Shown here one piece after another: positions 57,521-64,000 of a stretch of DNA of 64,000 bases. The translations under genes were made by a program, and so were the position numbers. The notes under the pieces are model-generated. The model was not told the origin of the DNA. It did no database searches and was given only the letters and a program-made list of their open reading frames with translations. How positions within the stretch are numbered: position 1 is the stretch's first letter; the number at the start of each line of letters is the position of its first letter. Source of the stretch: Candidatus Latescibacterota bacterium (GTDB lineage: Bacteria; Latescibacterota; UBA2968; UBA8231); NCBI GenBank assembly GCA_965204725.1, contig OZ242005.1:384001-448000 (forward strand), in the 5' to 3' direction.

Positions 57521-60500
57521 CTACTTAATCAGCAGGATACGCCTAATTTGAACGTCCTCGCGCAGACGCAGGCGCACCAAGTACACGCCGCTGGCCAAGG
57601 TCCTTGGTGCTTCCCAGCGGACGTGATACACCCCCGCGGCCTGATAGCCGTCGACCAAGCGGGCGACGACTTGCCCCAATACATTATAGATGGTCAAGCG
57701 CACCGGCTGGCCGTGTGCGAGGGCGTAGTGGATCATCGTGCTCGCGTTAAAGGGATTGGGGTTGTTGAGCAAAGAGGCGTTGGGCGTCCCGGTCGCCTCG
57801 GCTGAGGGCATGCCGTCGTCGGCGAGGGTGCGGGTGGCGATCACGCGCACGGTGTATTGGGTGTCGGCGGCCAGCCCCGGAATGATGTAGCTGGTTGGTA
57901 TGGGGACAGCGGCTTGACGGGTGGTGCGGTCGTAGGCTGCCTCGGCTTGCGCGGTGGTGTCGGGGACGGTGGCTTGGCGGGTGGCTGGGTCGTAGGCTTG
58001 GGCGCCGGTTTTCCACTGCACCTTGTAGCCGTCAGCCCCGGGGACCGCTGTCCAAGACACGTGCAACTGGCCGACCCCAGCCATCACTTGCACTCCCGTC
58101 ACCTGCCCCGGAGGCGCCGCCCTCGGCATGTCTGTCGAGGGGGTTGAGGCCGTGCCAGCCCCCGCGTCGGTCTCGGTGGCAATCACCTGCACTGAGTAGG
58201 TCGTGCCAGCCGTTAGGTTCGGGATCGTCGCCGTGGTCGTGGTGCCGCTGATGATGGTCATCTGCCGGACGTCGTCGAAGGCTTGGTCGTCGGTTTTCCA
58301 CTGGACCTTGTAGCCATCGGCGCCCGGCACCTGCTCCCACGATACGACCAACTGTCCCGCCCTCGGCTCTATCGTCACGCCCGTTACTTGACCCGGAGGC
58401 CGCCGCACCAAGACGGTGTAGTAGCGTGCGGTGGTTCCGTCGGAGGCCGTTACCTGGAAGATGATGGCCGTCGTCCCGACAGCCAGATCGACCTGATGGC
58501 CAGCGAGTTCGGGATCGGCATCGTCGGGGGTGATGATAGCGACTTGGCCGGTGGCGGCGGCAGCCGTGCCCGTCAGGCGGCTCTCGGCATGGGCTACATC
58601 TGCGGTGTAGGTCAGGGTGGTGGGATCAAACGCCTCGTTGATCCCGACCGAGAGCTCCTCGGCCGAAAAGGTGATCTCGTTGAGCATGACCTCAGCGGTC
58701 GTCACGACAAAGTCCGCGCTCACCCCGCCGATGGTGACGGTGGCGATGGTGGTCGTGTTGAAACCGACACTGGCGGTCACTTGGACGGCGACGGTCTGCC
58801 GGTTGGTGATCGTCGAGCCGGAAAAGGCGCGGCCATTCACGACCAAGGTGCCGCCGGAGACGGAGATGGATGTGGGCGCTTCGAGGCCGCGGACGGTGAT
58901 GGCATTGCTGGTGACCGTCGCGCCCGGGTCCACGCCGGTTTGCGCCGTGAACGAGAAGGAGCCCGGCGTGGTGTTCGGCGTCCGGGTGGTCACCGAAAAG
59001 TCCACGCTCACGCCGCCGATGGTGACGGTGGCAGTGGTGGTGGCGGCGTACCGGGAACTGGCCCGGACTTGGACGGCGACGGTCTGCCCGTTGGCGACCG
59101 TCGCACCCGTGAAGGTGCTGCCGTCCACGACCAAGGTGCCGCCGCGGACCGAGATGGACGCGGGGACGCTGAGGCCGCTTACAGTGATGGCATTGCTGGT
59201 GACCGTCGCGCTCGGCGACACTTGGGTGCGCGGCGTGAACGAGAAGGCGTCCGGCGTCGTTTCCGGCGTGTGCGCGGCTTGGATCACGGCCACCTCAATC
59301 GTCTGTTCCGCCTTCAAGGTGCCATCGTTTGCCGTCACCGTGATCGTGGCGTCGCCTACCGCCGCAGGGCGAATGGTCACGACGGCCCCCGCCACGCTGA
59401 CGGGGACAATATCGGGTGCGCTCGAACGGGCGGTGTAGGTCAGCGCATCGCCATCCGGGTCGCTGAAGTGGTCCGCCGCGTTGACCGTGATGTTGGGACT
59501 GCCCACGGTCAAGGTCTGCGCCGCAATCGCGCTTGAGGCCACGGGTGCCCGGTTGGGGTCGGCCGTGACGGTGATTTCTACGGTATCGGTCCCCGTCAAG
59601 CTCCCATCGCTGACTGTTAGGGTGAACGTCAGCGTCGCATCGGTGGTCAAATCGGGCGCGGTGAACGAGGGCGTCTGCGTCGTCGCGCCCGTCAACGTCA
59701 CGGTCGGAGTGCCCCCCGTCTGCGTCCACGAATAAGTCAGAGCACTACTCTCCGGGTCGGTGCCGCTACCCGAAAGAGACACCGCGTCGCCTTCGTCCAC
59801 CGTCTGGTCATCACCCGCGTTGGCCGTGGGGATGCCGTTCACCGCGATAGTGAACGTCAGCGTGGCGGGGTCGTTGTCGATATCGGTGACTTTCCACGTG
59901 TAGGTGGTCGCCGCTTGGTTCACGCTCGGCGTACCGGAGACCCTCTGGGTGGTCGTGTTCCGGGTCACGCCCCTCGGCAAGCTCGGCGACAGGGTGTAGG
60001 TCAGCGTACCATTGCCACCGCTGGCCGTGGGCAGGGTGAACGCGGTAATCGCTTGGTTCTGACTCCACGCTTGGTTGGAAATGGTCTGTTGGCCAAAGGT
60101 CGGCATCCGGTCCGTGGCCATTGAGAAGTCCGTGGTCACCGAAAAGTCCGCGCTCACCCCGCCGATGGTGACCGTGGCGGTGGTAGCCGTGCGGAAAGCA
60201 CTACTGGAGGTGACCTTGACGGCGACGGTCTGCGCGTTGGTGATCGTCGCGCCCGTGAAGTCGTTGCCATCGACGACTAAGGTGCCGCCGGTGACCGAGA
60301 TGGGCGCGGCTCCGTTGAGGCCGCTTATGGTGACGGTATTGCTGGTGATCGTCGTGCTGGGCATCACCCCGTTTTGCGCGGTGAACGTGAACGCATCCGG
60401 CGCGGTGTCCGCGACCGAGTATGAGCCATTGACCTTCACCTCAGCCATGTGCAAATAGTTGCTACCCGTCAACTGCACCCGTACATAACGGCCCGTGCGA

Positions 60501-62548
60501 TTAACATTGGCGATCGTCGTCGGGCGACCCGCCCTAGAGCTCTGGTGATATTCCCCAACCCCCGACTGTGCCCGACTCGCCGCTACGGAAGTACCGGTAA
60601 AACGCACGTCCGAGACAAACACATAATAGTTCGATAACCGATCAGGGCACTCGGATGGGCAGTCGGTACGGTTGTATATCTGGATATTGTCGATATAGCT
60701 GACTGAACCCAGATCCACTTCCCACCAGTTTTCAGAACCGAACTCCGTGTGAGAAACCTGATTGCCGGACCCTCCGGTATTGCCATCCACCGCTCGACTC
60801 GCAACAGAGTAGTTCAACGTACCCGACTGATAGGCGGGCTTGCCCTGTGCCAAGTTACTAATCGTGGCGGTAGCCACTTGAAAACGTCGCGTCACTTCAT
60901 CGGCATAGTACGTAACATCGCCGCTGTTCTTGGCCTTGATCACCACTTCCCCGGTTCCACTGCCTACCGTCACCTTGTTACCCACAAGGGTGGCCGAACC
61001 CGATACCACTTCATAGCTGACGGTCAAACCGAACGCATTCGTGGTGGCATTCAGGTAGAAGACCTCGTTGGGGTATTTGTTCGGAATCGCCGGAAAGGTA
61101 ATACGCTGCACGGTCTTGCCATCGTTGATCCGACCCAGCAGGTCATAGCGGGTCATCAGGCTCCAGCTTGACCCGCCATCGGTGGTCGAGATCAAGGGAG
61201 TCGGATACGCCGAGAACCACTGGAAGGGGCAGTTGTGGCAGATCCCCTGGTTCGTGCCTTCGTCCAGCCCCACCAGATAGAGATTACGACGCCCGGATTG
61301 GCGGTCCATAAACAAACGCTGATGCGGCACCGAATGATTGTTCTTCACCTCCACATCCGGGGCCAGCAATATCTTCTCGGCGTCCCAAGCCGTCGCACTT
61401 CTGGGACGCCGTGAATAGCCCACACCCAGATAGGGGTTAGAAGAATAGGACCGGTAGCTCGTGTGCAGGGTATCGCCGTCATCAATTACCAGATCGACAT
61501 AGGTCGTCTGCCTACTGACATTGGGCACGTTGGAATTCTGGTTGGTTAGGGTCGAGGTGGTATTGGTGCTGGTCGCCTTATAGTAAGGAAAGGTCTCCCC
61601 GTGGGTGCCCAAAAGAACAATCACAGTATCCGTTGAAGTAATACCGATGACCGGCATAGAGTGGTTATCGGCCCCACTGTGCGCATTGGGATATCCGTGG
61701 GTTTGCGCGAGATGGGCATGATGGTCAATGTTTTTCGTTGCCCGGTCTATCGTCGCCACCCAGATCCGCGAACTGTTGGAATCGTTGCCACTGGCGTCTT
61801 TCTCCGACAAATAGGTAACATGTATTTTGCCGTTCTTGCTAACCACCGAGGGTGTTCCGCCGGAATGCGAATAATGCGGTTCTGCATGGGTCGATGCCAG
61901 ATCAAGAGAATCACTCAAGCTCAGGGTGCCATCGCTGTTCTTAGAGGGTATATACAGGCGAATTCTAGCCCGCTGGGCAGACTGAAGACCTCTCGCATCC
62001 CATGCTATAATCGCGGGGGGGTTGGAATTGTCGCCATGACTCATGTTTTTTTCGATGTTAACAGGATTAGGAAGATCGTAGGTATGGAAAACTGGGGAAG
62101 ATGCGGTAATATCGGGCGAATACAGCAAGCGCCATGTGCCAGTAGTCGACATAGACGCATAGAGCGCATTGCTGCTATCAATGGTTACCTCGGTATAAAA
62201 CTTCTCAGCGAATCCTGTCCAACCCGCCGTACTATAATCAATATCGTGCCACAGCCCATTGCGCAGCGTCCTGATCTTGCCTGTCAACGTGCCTGTCCGG
62301 TCTGCTAAAAAATAGGGGCGGTTTTTGGAATCAAAGGCAATAGCAAGCCCCATGGGCGTATCCACACCTTCTACCTGTATCGGTTGCTGCGAGTGGGGCG
62401 GATAGGTCCAAACCGGAAACGCAGCATGAGCGGTGGTGCTCACACTCAACAGGCCCAATAGCAAAAGCAGGGACCACCAGACACCAGATAAGGCACGAAA
62501 TGTTGATCCGCAACGTCCTTTTCGCACATAAGGCGTCTTCCCGCGCAA
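57521..62548 (-). CDS. Giant secreted adhesin, copy B: same architecture with a single PKD-like repeat
   Basis: 1675-aa ORF colinear with copy A; start at TTG 62548 or GTG 62527. Confidence 0.85.
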   Translation of the reverse strand: MRGKTPYVRKGRCGSTFRALSGVWWSLLLLLGLLSVSTTAHAAFPVWTYPPHSQQPIQVEGVDTPMGLAIAFDSKNRPYFLADRTGTLTGKIRTLRNGLWHDIDYSTAGWTGFAEKFYTEVTIDSSNALYASMSTTGTWRLLYSPDITASSPVFHTYDLPNPVNIEKNMSHGDNSNPPAIIAWDARGLQSAQRARIRLYIPSKNSDGTLSLSDSLDLASTHAEPHYSHSGGTPSVVSKNGKIHVTYLSEKDASGNDSNSSRIWVATIDRATKNIDHHAHLAQTHGYPNAHSGADNHSMPVIGITSTDTVIVLLGTHGETFPYYKATSTNTTSTLTNQNSNVPNVSRQTTYVDLVIDDGDTLHTSYRSYSSNPYLGVGYSRRPRSATAWDAEKILLAPDVEVKNNHSVPHQRLFMDRQSGRRNLYLVGLDEGTNQGICHNCPFQWFSAYPTPLISTTDGGSSWSLMTRYDLLGRINDGKTVQRITFPAIPNKYPNEVFYLNATTNAFGLTVSYEVVSGSATLVGNKVTVGSGTGEVVIKAKNSGDVTYYADEVTRRFQVATATISNLAQGKPAYQSGTLNYSVASRAVDGNTGGSGNQVSHTEFGSENWWEVDLGSVSYIDNIQIYNRTDCPSECPDRLSNYYVFVSDVRFTGTSVAASRAQSGVGEYHQSSRAGRPTTIANVNRTGRYVRVQLTGSNYLHMAEVKVNGSYSVADTAPDAFTFTAQNGVMPSTTITSNTVTISGLNGAAPISVTGGTLVVDGNDFTGATITNAQTVAVKVTSSSAFRTATTATVTIGGVSADFSVTTDFSMATDRMPTFGQQTISNQAWSQNQAITAFTLPTASGGNGTLTYTLSPSLPRGVTRNTTTQRVSGTPSVNQAATTYTWKVTDIDNDPATLTFTIAVNGIPTANAGDDQTVDEGDAVSLSGSGTDPESSALTYSWTQTGGTPTVTLTGATTQTPSFTAPDLTTDATLTFTLTVSDGSLTGTDTVEITVTADPNRAPVASSAIAAQTLTVGSPNITVNAADHFSDPDGDALTYTARSSAPDIVPVSVAGAVVTIRPAAVGDATITVTANDGTLKAEQTIEVAVIQAAHTPETTPDAFSFTPRTQVSPSATVTSNAITVSGLSVPASISVRGGTLVVDGSTFTGATVANGQTVAVQVRASSRYAATTTATVTIGGVSVDFSVTTRTPNTTPGSFSFTAQTGVDPGATVTSNAITVRGLEAPTSISVSGGTLVVNGRAFSGSTITNRQTVAVQVTASVGFNTTTIATVTIGGVSADFVVTTAEVMLNEITFSAEELSVGINEAFDPTTLTYTADVAHAESRLTGTAAAATGQVAIITPDDADPELAGHQVDLAVGTTAIIFQVTASDGTTARYYTVLVRRPPGQVTGVTIEPRAGQLVVSWEQVPGADGYKVQWKTDDQAFDDVRQMTIISGTTTTATIPNLTAGTTYSVQVIATETDAGAGTASTPSTDMPRAAPPGQVTGVQVMAGVGQLHVSWTAVPGADGYKVQWKTGAQAYDPATRQATVPDTTAQAEAAYDRTTRQAAVPIPTSYIIPGLAADTQYTVRVIATRTLADDGMPSAEATGTPNASLLNNPNPFNASTMIHYALAHGQPVRLTIYNVLGQVVARLVDGYQAAGVYHVRWEAPRTLASGVYLVRLRLREDVQIRRILLIK

Positions 62549-62658
62549 GCGGGAAACGCCCGCGCAAGCGGGAAACGCCCGCGCTTCCCACCCGTCATTC
62601 CCGCGAACGCGGGAATCCAGCCTTGAATGATATGGAGTAGCTTAAACACTAGGGGGGC

Positions 62659-64000
62659 CTAGTCTTCCGGGTTAAACTCCAAAGCGAGGATCGACGCCCT
62701 AAGCTGGACATTTCTTCTGACTTCGGCGGCGATTTTTTCGGGATCGATCTCCGGCTCGTCCCAACTCGCTCGCCAAATACTATACTCGGACTCTATATCG
62801 AATCCACTTCGACGCGGTTCGCTCTCAACCACATAGAACAGCCGACTCCCAGCCATATCAAGGGCAATGCGCCGAGGCCCCCCCACGAAACGGGGGTAGG
62901 AGATGGCGAATACGTCTTCGACGCTACGACCATCCAAGCCACTCCCATCCAAGTTGGCACACTGCACTACCCTGCGGTCTCTATCGCGGTGCCTCACCCC
63001 CACCCAACACGCGCGATTCTCGGATAAATCCACGGTAAATTCTATCACATCTACTATGTCATAAGCACGGACGTTTCCGACGCCAGTATGGGAATAACGG
63101 ACGATTTCTTGGGGATCGCTTCCATCTATATTGGTGCGCCAGAGGCCAAATCTAGAATTCCAGTATATGCGGTCCTCAACCGTCCACAGGCTTTGTACCC
63201 ACGGAGACAAGTCTCCCAAGGGGTTGACCTCGTCCGCATCAAAATCCGTGAGCGCAACTATTCCATAGTATGTATCGCCAATCCTCTTCTCGTCCGTCCA
63301 ATATACTACGGACCCCTTGGCGGACCCTACGATGCTAAAAGTGGCTCCCACAGGCACGTCGCTGGGAATGAGTTCCCTATCTCTCCCGTCGAGACTTTGT
63401 CGATAGAAAACGTAGTTTCCCGAAAACTCCACCGCCCAAAATATCCGACCTTGTGCCAAATTTATATAGGGGGGAGCAATCGAGTGGGAGGCGATCTCTT
63501 GAGGTGCGCTTCCATCAAGGGTAGCCGACCAAATGTGGTATGTCCATCGCTCGTTGTTTTGCTGGTACTCTGTCCACCAGTAGAATATGCGGTTCCCAGC
63601 TACATCTAAAGCATAGGACGCGACATGGCTACTCTCTGGGGCCGAAACGATTTCTTCCGCTCCGCTTCCGTCTAACTTGGCCCGCCAGACGGACGTCTGA
63701 TCCACAGGACCTTGTAACCAGTACATATAGCCCCTACCCACATCCAAGGTAAAATTTTCACGGAAAAATTGGCCTGCGGGGAAGAGGTACACTCGCTCCT
63801 TATTGCTCCCGTCTAAGTTGGCGCGATAGATAACATACTTGTCCTCCGTCCTTCTGCCCGTATCGGTATCCCGCCAAGTGTTCTCAAGCCACCATATCCG
63901 GCCCCCACCCGGGTAGGACTGAGCAGAAGCGACGCTATCGGTGCTAGCTTCGGGCGGGTCACTTGGCTCGCTCGGCGGGGGGGTCGCCTCCTCGGCACAT
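62659..64000 (-). CDS. LDL-receptor class B/YWTD-like beta-propeller protein, probably a lipoprotein (runs off window end)
   Basis: Repeated RANLDGS/RAKLDGS/ATLDGS/YWTD motifs. The frame stays open upstream of the track start to the window edge (CAEEATPPPSEPSDPP...IYRANLDGSNKERV). Confidence 0.8.
   Translation of the reverse strand, partial: CAEEATPPPSEPSDPPEASTDSVASAQSYPGGGRIWWLENTWRDTDTGRRTEDKYVIYRANLDGSNKERVYLFPAGQFFRENFTLDVGRGYMYWLQGPVDQTSVWRAKLDGSGAEEIVSAPESSHVASYALDVAGNRIFYWWTEYQQNNERWTYHIWSATLDGSAPQEIASHSIAPPYINLAQGRIFWAVEFSGNYVFYRQSLDGRDRELIPSDVPVGATFSIVGSAKGSVVYWTDEKRIGDTYYGIVALTDFDADEVNPLGDLSPWVQSLWTVEDRIYWNSRFGLWRTNIDGSDPQEIVRYSHTGVGNVRAYDIVDVIEFTVDLSENRACWVGVRHRDRDRRVVQCANLDGSGLDGRSVEDVFAISYPRFVGGPRRIALDMAGSRLFYVVESEPRRSGFDIESEYSIWRASWDEPEIDPEKIAAEVRRNVQLRASILALEFNPED

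Noticed and set aside
47952-60458. Many plus-strand ORFs with repeated sequences (e.g. MPLPERDTVSPSS...)
   Set aside because: Antisense shadows of the adhesin repeats
47190-62548. Diversity-generating retroelement as the cause of loop variation
   Set aside because: No reverse transcriptase in the window; the differences include indels and are not obviously adenine-restricted. A trans-acting element cannot be excluded
1-64000. tRNA, rRNA, riboswitch, prophage or intact transposase
   Set aside because: None recognised by eye; a covariance-model search would be needed to exclude small RNAs

Overview
GC-rich bacterial window (about 63% GC by eye). The FlgD/T9SS-like C-terminal domains, a 'TSVEANSWGRIKAQF' tail, LDL-receptor-like repeats, FN3/cadherin adhesins and many TA modules suggest an FCB-group lineage such as Latescibacterota/Gemmatimonadota, possibly a sponge symbiont (inference only). 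The left third holds housekeeping genes (aldehyde dehydrogenase fragment, geranylgeranyl-reductase family, htpG, proA, ferredoxin, adenylate-kinase-like), an IS1595 remnant with an Ntn-hydrolase passenger, and a sigma-54-driven MacAB-like module split by an extended ECF sigma factor, followed by TA pairs and ABC transporters. The middle (28.2-47.0 kb) is a long minus-strand envelope cluster: a PPIase lipoprotein, three paralogous FlgD-CTD proteins ending in '-VAY', two paralogous Asp-rich putative outer-membrane proteins (one frameshifted), a TPR/GT-C-like membrane protein and a CBM9-like secreted protein. A low-GC type II R-M cassette and a 135-bp MITE interrupt it. The right part (47-64 kb) is a tandem duplication of a giant secreted adhesin whose two copies share a near-identical framework but have completely different surface loops in the head domain and 14 versus 1 stalk repeats; TA genes lie between the copies. 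CCWGG appears strongly depleted across the window. All family calls come from motif recognition, not database searches.
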